A stretch of 64,000 nt of DNA. It comes from Owenia fusiformis. Lineage: Eukaryota. Under the pieces are notes generated by a model. The model worked only from the letters and a program-made list of their open reading frames with translations. It ran no database searches and was not told the origin of the DNA. The stretch lies in the NCBI GenBank assembly GCA_903813345.2, contig CAIIXF020000001.1:31124001-31188000 (forward strand), in the 5' to 3' direction. Position numbers and translations under genes: made by a program. This document shows positions 41,901 through 54,414 of this stretch, piece after piece. The first letter of the stretch is position 1; every line of letters starts with the position of its first letter.

Positions 41901-44900
41901 AGCAAATCACCAAGTAGGCTAATGAGAGACACAAATAGGATTAGTGCTTTCAATGCCAGTAAAAAAATAGTGAGTAGTGTTCCAAACCATGAACAAATAG
42001 GATTACATGAACAGTCAACACCTGTGAAACCTGGTCAAAATACATATAGTGATGATGTGTTTATCAATACTGATAACAGTCAAATTGTAAACAATAACAC
42101 TGATACAGAGAATTCACCAAATACAGAAGACAGTGGATTTACTTCATTATTACAGACTCCCCAGGACAGAATCAACAAAGTAAACACAAGTACACAAACG
42201 AATAATAAAGTGAAGAGACACCAGTCTTGTGCAACAGAACTTAAGATGAAACATGTCGCAACTAAAATAGACAATATGGAAAGAAAACATAGAGGCTGCA
42301 ATGTAAATATTAAGAAACAGATGGACAACAAATCAACTGAGTGCAAAATTGATAAAGATACCAAAGAAACAAACACAGATTCTGATACATGCGATGTTGC
42401 ATCGCTAACAAACTTCAGTATGGCAACATGTGAAGGGAGGTATATGCGCTTCATTGATAAGATAAGAGAGGATTATATGTAATTTGTGATGTCCATGACT
42501 ACATAATGATGAATATGAACGGAATAATACGGAAATAGGAACGTGAACATATATAACAAATTGTGCCAAGTACTATTGATTGATTTAAATGTTAATTGGA
42601 CTAAATAGGGACATATTTGCAAGTAGTGATCCAGATGAAGGGATGCAAATGATTCTTGTCAAAAATGGTTGAGTTAGACTGTGAAAATTTTGAGAACTCT
42701 ATCTATCTGGAATTCCAGTAGTTTTTGGGGAATAACATTATTTCACTTTCTAAGCTTGAAGTTTTTAAGACTACTATCAAGAAAATCTCTATACATTTGA
42801 TAATTCCTATGAAGAATATGTTATGTAGAAAGGAGAAATAAATATCTATATAAAAAACAAAAAAAACATCTTCTTGGGGTAAAGATGGCTGTATCGTTGT
42901 TAGTCATATGAAAAAGTGATGGCTTGAATTTATTAAGTGAAGTCAATGTCAGTAATTTTTTGGTTCATATTATTACAATTTCATACCTGTTGTTGTCGTT
43001 TGATGGCAAATGGTACTTGGCTTGCACAACCTATAATACAAGCATCACCATCTTCTTTTATTGGATATGCTTCCTTGCAGGCTGAAACACATACATGATG
43101 GGGTTATTACACAAAATGGGAAGCTAGCCTGGCTGGCCTGGAGATACCTGACCAAAGGAGGTCATCTTACTGTCAGCCAAAATAAATAAATGTTCAGTAA
43201 AACATGTCTAACACGAGCGCCTCTTGGATCGACCAAAAGTGTTCAAACTAGCAGGTGTTCACATTTCAAGGTTTCTGAACATGTGAATCAATGGAAGATA
43301 ACAAATTCTGGACTGAAAAAAGTGTTCACATTGAGAGGTGATCGGATTAGAGAGGTGTTCGGATAAACGTGTTTCACTGTAATATCGACAAAACAAACAC
43401 TATTTTACAAAAAGATGACAAGAGAAACACACAGTTCAATATGGGATCAAAGAGCATCTAACAGATCACTCCTTCGAAATAGCAAAAACGATGCTTAAAA
43501 TGATCACTTGTCAGCTCTCACTTTAGACAGGTTTTACAGTAGTTATATCATAACAGATTTATGAATCAATATTTTCAATATTTAATCATGATACTCTGTC
43601 ATGTGACAGTGTTTAATACTTCATAAAAATCAATTTTTAAAAATAAATTCTAACACAGATGGCAAATGGCTTTTAAAGTTATCAATAAAATGAGAAGGGA
43701 ATCAAAGCCGTTATTAAGAGTTCTAAAGCAGAAACTTATTTCACGTTTAACCAAATTGAACCTTCATCTTAGATACCCTCTCCTGTTGACTTACATTTAA
43801 CCAAAATCACTCTCAAACATTTAGAAAAAATTATTAATATTATATACACATGTTTTAAAATCATGTATTATGGATACACCAGACTGATGTTTTTTTGTTA
43901 TTATACTCCTAACATGTGAAACTGGTGTAAAAGAAGTTTTCTACAGTTACACTGTTCCACGACTAGTTAATGAACGTCAATGTAATAAAATGGATGAACC
44001 TCTTGGATACGAAAGTAACTAGTTGTGGAACAGTGAGTTAGTATGTAGTTGTGGTTTGTAGTTAAAAGTTTTGTACACTGCAGTGACTGATATATCATTT
44101 ATATGACATGATTATTGAGTCAATAAAAGATTTATGTGGAATAGGAACTCCATTTTGAATTGCATCTACATAAGGATATTCAAGCCAAGGCTGACAATAT
44201 ACTATATAATTAATAAATTCAAGTATGTCTATATGGTAGCGGTATCTGCGGTATGGACATAATAATAGTTATACAGATTGAAGTAATAGTTATACAGATT
44301 AAAAAATTGTGGTGTTAAAAAAAACCCAGTGTATCTAGGACTCTCGAATGTAAATGAATGCCGTGAGCAAAAACTAAATGCACCATTTCAAAATTATAAT
44401 AATGAGAATTCAATTTCATAAAAATTTGACATCATGCAGTGTAATGCATTTATTGATCTGTGAAGTGATATATAAAGCAACAGATTGAAAAATGTCTCCC
44501 CTTTGATTAAATTACCCAAGAGTTTTTCAACAAATATGAATTTACACCATAACTACTCCTCCCCTCAATATTCCTAAACTGAGGGAACAGGTTTTATCTA
44601 ATTTTGACGAATCCAATCAAATAACTGCTTTTACTTCTGGCAAGGTCAGCCATCACCTTTCAATAAAAGCATATACAATTTGATATATTTTGTAAGTAAG
44701 TAACATGTACTTACATTCTCTGCAAGTTTCTTTGGTTTTGTTGACATCTGCATTATCATTAACAAATTCAACTATAGAGAATAGCCTGCATCCTCTTCTA
44801 CAGTAGCATAGGTGATCAGCCTGGAAATAATTAAGATGGAGTTTGAAAAGAATATGTCAATTTTAGAAAATTCTAATTCAATCTAAATATAATTTCAACA

Positions 44901-47900
44901 AGGCATTAACATGACAAAATGTCACCACCTAAAACAATTTGGTCAATTTAAAGCAAGTTGGAAAATACCTTTTGACCTTAAGAAGGTTTGATTTGAACTT
45001 CTTAGAACATGTAGATGATTTTGAAAAAAAATTTGTCAATATGAAGCAAGTTGAAAAAAGACCTTTTGACCTTTTTTGACCTTGAGAAGGTCATTGAAGG
45101 TCAAATGTCAAATCTAAAGTCAAATCTAAAGTCATATTTGAATTTCTGAGAACATGTAGATGATTTTGAAAAAAAAATTTAGTCAATTTGAAGCAAGATG
45201 AAAAAATACCTTTTTGACCTTTTTTGACATTGAGAAGGTCATTGAAGGTCAAATGTCAAATCTTAAGTCAGATTTGAATTTCTGAGAACATGTAGATGAT
45301 TTTGAAAAAAAAATTTAGTCAATTTGAAGCAAGTTGAAAACAGACCTTTTTGACCTTTTTTGACCTTGAGAAGGTCATCGAAGGTCAAATGTCAAATCTG
45401 AAGTCAGATTTGAAGGTCAAATGTCAAATCTAAAGTCAGATTTGAATTTCTGAGAACATGTAGATGATTTTGAAAAAAAATTTAGTCAATGTGAAGCAAG
45501 TTGAAAAAAGACCTTTTTGACCTTGAGAAGGTCATTGAAGGTCAAATGTCAAATCTAAAGTCAGATTTGAACTTCTGAGAACATGTAGATGATTTAGAAA
45601 AAAATTGAAGTCAGTCTAAACAGTATTTGTTAAGTTATAGGAAGTTGTAAGAAATTGTTACAGACGCCAGACGCCAACCTCCAACCGCCGGACGCCAACC
45701 TCCAACCGCCGTCACAAAAAAACGGAGACCATAACAATATGTCACCACTTTTGGTGGTGACATAAAAATGATGAAATTAGCTAGTTCAGCATTTTCACAA
45801 AATAAATTGCAAAAATGTCAATTTTAGCTTATTGAATTGAAATATCTTCAAGTGCACAAACAACCTAAAATAACCTCATGACCAGCTAATAATACAAAAA
45901 TTACAAAAAGGACTGGCACAGAATGGAATTATTGTTTGAACTGTCTGATTTTTCCTTTAGAAACTAACTTTAAAAAGAACTACCTCCTCATGTTGCAAAA
46001 ATTTCTGAACATATTATTTTTGTGAATGTTGCTACAAGACAAACTACAACATTAAATCAATAATACTGTATATCAATGATCTCTGGGCTTCTAGAGTGTG
46101 AAGCAATAAATATATGTTTATATTACATGTATATAGCAGAAAAATAAATTTGATTTACTTAACAGCTAATGTATGTTTGCAATGCTCTAATGTGGACACA
46201 TTTGTACAAAACGAGTGGCCAAAATGCAAGACAAAACTAAAAGTTGAAAGGACACAGGCCCGTAGCCAGGATTTACCAGGGGGATGCAGTTTTACCAAGG
46301 GGGGAGTTTTTGCCAGGGGGGGCTTTTTGACAGTTTTGGCAAAAAATCATGTGAGAAGTGCGCAGAACAGTGAAAAACTGCATTATATTGAAAGAATTTC
46401 TAGCCAGGGGGGAGCGACCACTCCCTCCGCTCCCCCCTGGGACAAGACAAGACCCAACTTCCTTGAATTGAGAGTGTAATATAAGTTGATCAAGTGAATA
46501 TCCCGGACTTAGAAACGAACACAGCCTAGTAAAATGAACACATACCGGTAAACCTAATCTGGCCTCATTTCTTATCTGGCATTGACCCCAAGAAAATTCA
46601 GATTAATAAATTAAGCTGGATTGGGTTAACTTATTGAACTAATATCACCTATAACTTACCAAATAAGAGGGATCATTCACTTATTTTGATAACTTGCTAT
46701 ATTGCTAATTACGGTATATCTGTGTGAATGCCATCAAATTTGCGAATCAAAATTAACTTTCTCTAGTAGTGGCTATTGGTGCATATACAGGGTGTCCGGA
46801 AAGTAAAGATACAAATGCTCTAACTTCAATAGATTTACCTGTTGTGAGATGAAATTGCTACAGATTGTAGAATGACATTTCAGCAATATATCCTGTAACT
46901 GTCATGACATATAGTTTCAAAATGAAAAAGTTATGGTCGTTATGGTAACGGGAGTTGGGGGTATGTGGAGCAGCGTCATAATTAATTTTTATTGTCTTAT
47001 AAATCTTTTTCCTATTCATATCATCTTGGCACACAACCCATTTGTTACAATAAAACATCAAATTATGTCCCAAAACAGCATGAGGATTACTACTCTAATG
47101 TTATTTTATCATTAAACATGACTACTATGGTATTGTGTTTTCCCCGCATTGTCTATAATATGTTCATGGTGCATCTTGAACAGAGATTCAAAGACTGGAC
47201 AAAACCGCTGCTGTTCGTCTTCAGATTGCTGATGACATTCGCTTCCAGTTGAGACTCATTTGAATACTGAACTTTTAACAAATATCGCTTTGAGATGCTC
47301 ATTAAGGTAAAAGTCTAAAGGGGCCTTTTCAGGTAAATATGGGGCATTGTACAAAAAGGTTTAGTGTCAAGACACTCCATTTTGAGATTTGTTGGCTTTG
47401 GTTTGTGAACTTGTGCATTGTGGAGGTGGAATATTGACTTTCCTTATTAACCCAGGGAACTTTTATTTTAAGCACTTGTATAATATTTCTTTGATTACAC
47501 TGATGACATAACATAGTTCTGACATGTATCAATGACACCATTATACATAAGAGAACATAATAGCAACAATAATACAATATTGAAGAAAACAAAACATTGA
47601 TAGAAAACACAATGATGAAGACTGTATCAAATGGTTATATTTTAGCAATTAATCAGATTTTAGCGATGATCTGGAACTGCTCCACATACCTCGCACCTCC
47701 GTAACCATGACAACTGTAACTTTAACTGGTTTAGACTATATGCGATGAGAGTTGGTAGACACATTGAATTAATGTTCCTCTTCAATCTGTAGCAATTTCA
47801 TTGCAAAACGCCTAAATCTCTTAAGATCAGAGTATTTGTATCTTTACTTTCTGGTGTATAGGGACAACTGGTACTGGACTAAAAATAAATGTGGCAATTT

Positions 47901-50900
47901 GAATTTTTGCAGGGGGCATCTTTGGCAGTAGCCTATCTTCAACCTGTTAACTCAATATATTGAAATGGCATATGTATAGCCACAGTCCAAGGAGGATTGG
48001 AAGTCAGAATGCTCCTGGAGTCATATTTCTCACTTCAAAATTTGAATCGCAAGTTTTGGTCTTATTACCAAACAAAAAATTCAAAACACACAAGAAATGA
48101 TCAAGATCATTACTAGTGGCTTAATTAATGACCATTAGTTTCAATATTTTGTATGCTGATTGTGAATTTACAGCCAGCTAAATGTCAGACAATAATGACG
48201 CCAGCTTCGTTGGTCGAGCAAACTTCAATCACATGCTATCTATTGCAAGACTTATGCAAGACATAATGCTGTATTATATTGCAAGACCTGTCATGACCGT
48301 GGTAATGTTAAAGCCTGATATGACCGTGACAATGTTCATGTTCTTGAATGAGATTAAAATTTTAGTTTGCGGAAATGAATTATGAGTTAGTGAATCTAAA
48401 ATTTTATGTATCAACGCACGTGAGTCTAGATTTATTATGAATTTTTTCTTCAATTGTGATTTTTAACTTAAGGTGCGGTGGTAGTTAACAGGAAGTGACA
48501 AAACCATGCTGGATTTTTTGAACCAAGATAACAGAGTTCTGTTTTGACCTCCAGTCAGTTTAACTAGTTCCACATATCATTTACATGACCAGGAACACAA
48601 TAGAAATGGTCAGAATGACCCTAAATATGATGAAATAACCTTTTCAGCCCTCTGAAAATGTGACTGAAAAATAGCTTAAAGTAGGCGCTTAGGAAAGGTC
48701 ACTGAACAGAATCTTTTGAATTTTTCAGAAAATGTGCCAAATAAATTGCTCTAAATGATGCAATCTTTGAAATTTTAGAAAATCGTCTGAAACAAAAATA
48801 GCGATCATAAAAAGGAAAATAGATCGCTTTTCAATTAGTTTTTTTCATTTTTTTCTTTTTCTATGAATGACATCAAATTTTCAAACTTGTATCATTTAGA
48901 GCACTATATTAGGCACATTTCCTGAAAAATTCAAAAGATTCTGTTAAGGTACAGCTGGAAAGTAACATTTTGGTAAAAGATTGCTATACCTGCACATGTT
49001 ATTTTCTGGTACAAAACTAGATGATGGCAACTCCGCGGAGTAGCAAATCCCAACGAACAAAATATCAATTACCGAATTCCAATCAATTATACTCATTACT
49101 TTGGTTAAAATTGAAAAATTTAGATTTTAGAATTGCGAATTCCTGCAAAGCAGCCATTTTGAATTTTCTGAGGTACAAATATGAAAAATAATACCATAAT
49201 TGTGATCTACTCCAAAATTCCTTCAATTTGAGTATTATATAGCCATATGTTGAAGGGATCGAAAAATTATTGCGAAATCGTACATTAGACGGCCTTTTTG
49301 AATTTTACGAGGCTCGAATCAGAAAAAAAGATACAATATTTGCAATCTACTCTTAATTGCCTTTCATTTGAGTATAATAAAGCTATACTTCAGAAAGATC
49401 TAAAAATTAGCAAAAATTTCTGTTTTCCTGACCCCCCATACACGGCCCCTGGGGGTCAGGATGAAAAACACTGAATATATGTGAAATAGATAGATGTTGC
49501 GAATATACTACCAAAATTTCAAACAATAATATTAATTACTTTGGTTTAGAATGAAAAATTTATGATTTTTGCGAAAAAGTCCCATCATTTTTAAAGCAGT
49601 GGCCATCTTGAAAAAATCCATTTTGAATTTTCTGAGGTACAAATCTGAAAAATATTACCATAATTGTGATCTACTCCAAAATTCCTTCAATTTGAGTATT
49701 ATATAGCCATACTTTGAAGGGAACGAAAAATTATTGCGAAATCGTACATTAGACGGCCATTTTGAATTTTACGAGGCCCAAATCAGAAAAAAGATACAAT
49801 ATTTGCAATCTACTCTTAATTGCCTTTCATTTGAGTATAATAAAGCTATACTTCAGAAAGATCTAAAAATTAGCGAAAATTTCTGTTTTCCTGACCCCCA
49901 TACACGGCCCCTGGGGGTCAGGGTGAAAAACACAGAATATATGTGAAATAGATAGATGTTGCGAATATACTACCAAAATTTCAAACAATAATATTAATTA
50001 CTTTGGTTTAGAATGAAAAATTTATGATTTTTGCGAAAAAGTCCCGTCATTTTTAAAGCAGCGGCCATCTTGAAAAAAATTTTTTTGCGTAAAACAATCG
50101 ATCAATATACATCTTTCCACCAAATATGAAGAAAATCCGTCAACTAATATTTGACTTATCTTCCGGACGGACAGACGGACGGACGGACGGAGGGCTTCAC
50201 TATATCCCTACCGAACTTCGTTCGTTGGGATAATAAAGTATGAAGGCATGTATCAATTTCCTTGCTTTTTTCAGGAAAGTATCATTACATTGTCTTCTTT
50301 TAGAATATCTGGTAGGCGTTCAAAGGGAACTCGAAGAATTCTGATATTTGACACTTCCTGTTTTTCCAAATTTTCTTTCAAAGTTTCCAGACAACACAGG
50401 AGCTACCATTGACCTGGTTCCAGGTTTACTAAAAGTAGACAGTGTAATGATACTTTCCTGAAAAAAGCAAGGAAATACACACATGCCTTCATACTTAATT
50501 ATGTACCAGAAAATAACATGTGCAGGTATAGCAATTTTTTACCAAAATGTTACTTTCCAGCTGAACCTTAAATGACCTTTCCTAAGCGCCTACTTTTAGC
50601 TATTTTTCAGTCACATTTTCAGAGGGCTGAAAAAATTATTTCATCATGTTTAGGGTCATTTTGACCATGTACATTGTGATCCTGGTCATGTAATTGACAC
50701 GTGGAACTAATTTAACTGACTAGAGGTCAATACGGAACTCTGTTATCTTGGTTCAAAAAAATTTCAAAATCCAGCTTGGTTTTGTCACTTTTTGTTTTGT
50801 CACTTCCTGTTAAGGTAACCGTTAACTTAATAAAAAGTACAAAAAAGTGGCAGCCATATATTTTTGACTAAGTCACATGATTTTGTATTCTGTTTTCCTT

Positions 50901-53900
50901 ATATGTGAATGCATTTCTTGACTAAAGAGACATGTCAATGAAAACTTCACTTTTAAACGCATTTTTTATAACTATGAATTGGAGGTGCATGTGTCCCCAA
51001 AGCTAACATTAAGACCGTGAAATGAGGCTAATTTTTGAGAGTTTGAAGGAGTAGCCTTGCAACAGTCAAACATTTGCAAGAATCCCAAATTTCCACAAAT
51101 CATCTTACCTTACCAAGGAACATTGAGGGAGCATGAAAATGTGTTCTTCTTGCATTGTTAGAGTATAATAAAGCTCAAACCATAGTTTCTGATAAATATT
51201 TCATGTCCACCATTTTTCTTGCCGGAACTACTTCTAGACTTCCTGTAATCCTCATATAAGTTTTTGTGACTTCACCAAGTGGCATGGATTATCACTAGTA
51301 TACTTTATATATAACAGTATAATAATCATGATAGATACATAATTGATGTTTTTAAATGTAAACAATGGATACATGAGTGAGGATTATTTTGGACTAGAAA
51401 ATAGTCCCAGCAAACAAAATGGTGGACATGAAATATTTAGAATTTACTTTGGTTCGAGCTTTATTATACTCTAACAATGCATAAAGTACACATTTTAATG
51501 CTCCTTCAGTGTTCCTTGGTAAGGTAAGATGATTTGTGGAAATTTTGGAGTATTACAAATGTGTCTCCATTGCAATCCTACTCCTTGAAATTTTAAAAAG
51601 TTATCACTTCACGGTCTCCATGCTAGCTTTAGGGACCCATGCACCTCCAATTCATCGTTAAAAAAAATGCGTTTTAATGTGAAGCTTTCTTTGACATGTC
51701 TCTTTAGTCAGCAAATGCATTCACATATAAGGAAAACAGAAAACAAAATCTTGTGACTTAGTCAAAAAAATATGCCTGCCATTTTTTGTACTTTTGATAA
51801 ACTTAAGCGTTACCTTAAGGCGAAGCTATATTAAATAAAAAGTACAAAAAATAATTGCCATATTTTTTTGATAAAGACACATGTTTTTAAAATCTGTTTA
51901 CCTTGTATATGAATTGTATATCTTGACTAATGAAACATGTCAAATGGATCCCAAAAGCTAGCATGAAGAGTGCGAAGTGAGGCTAATTTTTGATTGTTTC
52001 AAGGAGTAGCCTTGCAACAGTCACACATTTGCAAGAGTCTAAAATTTCCACAAATCATCTTACCTTTCCCAGGAACAATGAAGGAGCATGAAAATGTGCA
52101 CTTCTTGCATTGTTAGAGTATAATAAAGCTCAAACCATTGTAAATTCTAAATATTTCATGTCCACCATTTTGTTTGCTGGAACTACTTCTAGACTTCCTG
52201 ATTAATCCTCATACAAGTTTTGTGACTACACCAAGTGGCATGGATTATCACTTGTATATTTTATCTATTACAGTATAATTATCATGATAGATACATGATA
52301 GAGGCTTTATGAATGATAAACAATGGAAACATGAATGAGGATAACTCTGGACTAAAAAATATTTCCAGGAAACAAAATGTTGGACATGAAGTATTTAGAA
52401 TTCACAATGGTTTGAGCTTTATTATACTCTAACAATGCAAGAAGTACACATTTTCATGCTCCTTCATTGTTCCTTGGTAAGGTAAGATTATATCTGGAAA
52501 TTTTGAATTCTTGCAAATGCGTGACTGTTGCAAGGCTACTCCTTGAAACTTTCAAAAAATAGCCTCACTTCGCACTCTTCATGCTAGCTATGGGGAGCCA
52601 TACACCTCAAAATCATAGTTATGAAAAATGCGTTTAAGGCGACGCTATATTAAATAATAAGTACAAAAAATGACTGCCATATTTTTTTGATAAAGACACA
52701 TGTTTTTAAAATCTGTTTACCTTGTATATGAATTGTGTATCTTGACTAATGAAACATGTCAAAGTTAACATCACACATAAACGCATTTTTCCAAACTATG
52801 AATTGGAGGTGCATGGATCCCCAAAGCTAGCATGAAGAGTGCGAAGTGAGGCTAATTTTTGAAAGTTTCAAGGAGTAGCCTTGCAACAGTCACACATTTG
52901 CAAGAGTCTAAAATTTCCACAAATCATCTTACCTTTCCCAGGAACAACGAAGGAGCATGAAAATGTGCACTTCTTGCATTGTTAGAGTATAATAAAGCTC
53001 AAACCATTGTAAATTCTAAATATTTCATGTCCACATTTTGTTTGCCGGAACTACTTCTAGACTTCCTGATTAATCCTCATGCAAGTTTTGTGACTACACC
53101 AAGTGGCATGGATTATCACTTGTATGTTTTATCTATTACAGTGTAATTATCATGATAGATACATGATAGAGGCTTTATGAATGATAAACAATGGAAACAT
53201 GAATGAAGATAACTCTGGACTAAAAAATAGTTCCAGGAAACAAAATGGTGGACATGAAATATTTAGAATTCACAATGGTTTGAGCTTTATTATACTCTAA
53301 CAATGCAAGAAGTACACATTTTCGTGCTCCTTCGTTGTTCCTTGGTAAGGTAAGACTATATCGAGAAATTTTGAATTCTTGCAAATGTGTGTCTGTTGCA
53401 AGGCTACTCCTTGAAACTTTCAAAAAATAGCCTCACTTCGCACTCTTCATGCTAGCTTTTGGGAGCCATACACCTCCAATTCATAGTTATGAAAAATGCG
53501 TTTAAATGTGAGGTTTTCTTTTATGTGTCTCTTTAGTCAGGAAATGCATTCACATACAAGGAAAACAGTATACAAAATCTTCTGACTTTATCAAAAAAAT
53601 ATGGCTCCCATGTTTTTGTACTTTTGATTAACTTAAATGTCACCTTAAATGTGAGGATTTCTTTTATGTGTCTCTTTAGTCAGGAAATGCATTCACATAC
53701 AAGGAAAACAGTGTACAAAATCTTCTGTCTTTATCAAAAAAATATGGCTCCCATGTTTTTGTACTTTTGATTAACTTAAATGTCACCTTAACTACCACCG
53801 CACCTAATATCGTATTGATTTATATCGTGGGCTCTCAAGAGATCTTGAAAGTCAATCTTTATAAGTTGAGAGAACGGAGATGGGAAAGAATCATTAGACA

Positions 53901-54388
53901 AGAATTATTATAAATTGAAAAACAAAAACAATCACAAAAAATGCGGAAAAATAAATTACAGTTGGGGACAAAAATAAATGACAGGTCGATTTTCGATCAC
54001 CATTTCCTAATTATGGTGGTCTGAAAGCCCATAATTTCCAATATTGTCTAGATACATATCCCTTAAAATTTGTATATTTTACATTTTGTATAATCTCATC
54101 CACTGATGTATGGCCTCTTGTAAATTCTCTTATTTTTAACATGGGAAATCCTCACTTCAGCAAATCCACCTGTCATTTATTTATGTCCCCAACTGTACAT
54201 CACCTTTTGAAGTATTTTTTTTACATATTTCTCACCTTTTCATATGTGTGGAGAGGAAATGTGTTTACACAAATATCCTCGCATGGTGAAACATCAGAAA
54301 GCACGTGATCAAAGACACCTTGGGCTGCAGATTCGATAAAAAAGGAAAGGAACACTGCCAATAAAATTTTACATTTTATATCCGCCAT
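38944..54388 (-). CDS. TMEM59: Transmembrane protein 59 (BSMAP family)
   Basis: Exons 54236-54388 (signal peptide, CEDICVNTFPLHTY), 44715-44820 (CRRGCRLFSI), 42987-43081 (CKEAY..ACIIGC), 41268-41475 (SWSFYMQADDGKMIVMKSEP), 39903-40195 (DWLECI..TM..TAATAP), 38944-39081 (KLSIYGDLEY.., TGA). Diagnostic TMEM59 motifs; phases consistent. Confidence 0.95.
40252..40844. mobile_element. Tc1/mariner-type MITE
   Basis: TA|CAGGGTGGGTCAAAAAACGCTACTTTTTT ... AAAAAAGTGGTGTTTTTTGGCCCACCCTG|TA. Confidence 0.8.
41646..42864 (+). mobile_element. Poly(A)-ended retroposed insertion with 14-bp TSD, antisense in TMEM59 intron 3
   Basis: AACATCTTCTTGGG at 41632-41645 and 42865-42878; AATAAA at 42837-42842 followed by an A-rich tail (~42850-42866). 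Confidence 0.85.
41748..42482 (+). CDS. Intronless orphan ORF (244 aa) carried by the retroposed insertion; possibly truncated or pseudogenised
   Basis: Long ATG-initiated ORF for AT-rich DNA: MIPKIVEHLISELQEEGCILGGYKINATNNGTSITLQY..KSPSRLMRDTNR followed by T/N/S/D/K-rich low-complexity sequence; lies entirely between the TSDs. Confidence 0.55.
   Translation: MIPKIVEHLISELQEEGCILGGYKINATNNGTSITLQYVVHLLGDPSSETRSKSPSRLMRDTNRISAFNASKKIVSSVPNHEQIGLHEQSTPVKPGQNTYSDDVFINTDNSQIVNNNTDTENSPNTEDSGFTSLLQTPQDRINKVNTSTQTNNKVKRHQSCATELKMKHVATKIDNMERKHRGCNVNIKKQMDNKSTECKIDKDTKETNTDSDTCDVASLTNFSMATCEGRYMRFIDKIREDYM
43196..43380. mobile_element. Short Tc1/mariner-type MITE
   Basis: CAGTAAAACATGTCTAAC.. / ..GGATAAACGTGTTTCACTG|TA inverted ends with GAGAGGTGTTC subrepeats. 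Confidence 0.55.
44897..45768 (+). mobile_element. Helentron/HINE (pearl-like) element with internal tandem array
   Basis: 5' AACAAGGCATTAACATGACAAAATGTCACCA; about five degenerate ~125-170-bp units (GAACATGTAGATGATTT marker); short CAGACGC repeats; 3' palindrome ATGTCACCACTTTTGGTGGTGACAT + AAAAA. Confidence 0.75.
46788..47858. mobile_element. Tc1/mariner-type non-autonomous element
   Basis: TACAGGGTGTCCGGAAAGTAAAGATACAAATGCTCT vs AGAGTATTTGTATCTTTACTTTCTGGTGTA; further inverted similarity between ~46930-46975 and ~47675-47715. Confidence 0.65.
49016..50233 (+). mobile_element. Helentron/HINE-like element with 464-bp internal duplication
   Basis: Start AACTAG..CTCCGCGGAGTAGCAAATCCCAACGAA; duplicated block starting at 49154 and 49618; (GGAC)n at ~50164-50190; 3' hairpin end ..TTCGTTGGGATAA. 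A second copy lies at 61052-61852. Confidence 0.8.
50814..53787. mobile_element. Three ~1-kb palindromic Kolobok-like elements: 50814-51814, 51819-53787, and 52638-53644 nested in the second
   Basis: Each begins TTAA|GG and ends CC|TTAA; arms are inverted copies of each other (e.g. TGCATTGTTAGAGTATAATAAAGCTCAAACC and its complement); TTAA at 50810, 51815, 52634, 53645, 53788. Confidence 0.85.
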
Positions 54389-54404
54389 TTTGGATCTATG
54401 TTTA

Positions 54405-54414
54405 GTCACGTGAC
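54405..54414. promoter_or_regulatory. CLEAR/E-box palindrome GTCACGTGAC just upstream of the TMEM59 ATG
   Basis: Exact CLEAR consensus 16 bp upstream of the start codon; YY1-like AAAATGGCGG overlaps the ATG. Confidence 0.65.

Larger units (their letters stand above)
48472..53804. mobile_element. Kolobok-like foldback element (outer host of a nested stack) in TMEM59 intron 1
   Basis: TTAA|GGTGCGGTGGTAGTTAACAGGAAGTGACAAAACC at left. The matching right end is split: ..GTCACTTCCTG-TTAA(50810-50813) [inserts] TTAA-CTACCACCGCACC(53804). Long inverted arms ~48472-49013 vs ~50490-50813. Confidence 0.8.

Noticed and set aside
41615..42454. Minus-strand ORFs 41615-41953 and 42080-42454
   Set aside because: Shadows of the 244-aa plus-strand ORF; TMEM59 splices in frame without them.
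49734..49946. Similar short ORFs at 49734 and 61344 suggesting a gene family
   Set aside because: Both lie in copies of the same HINE-like repeat, have non-ATG starts, and the frame is broken in the duplicate block.
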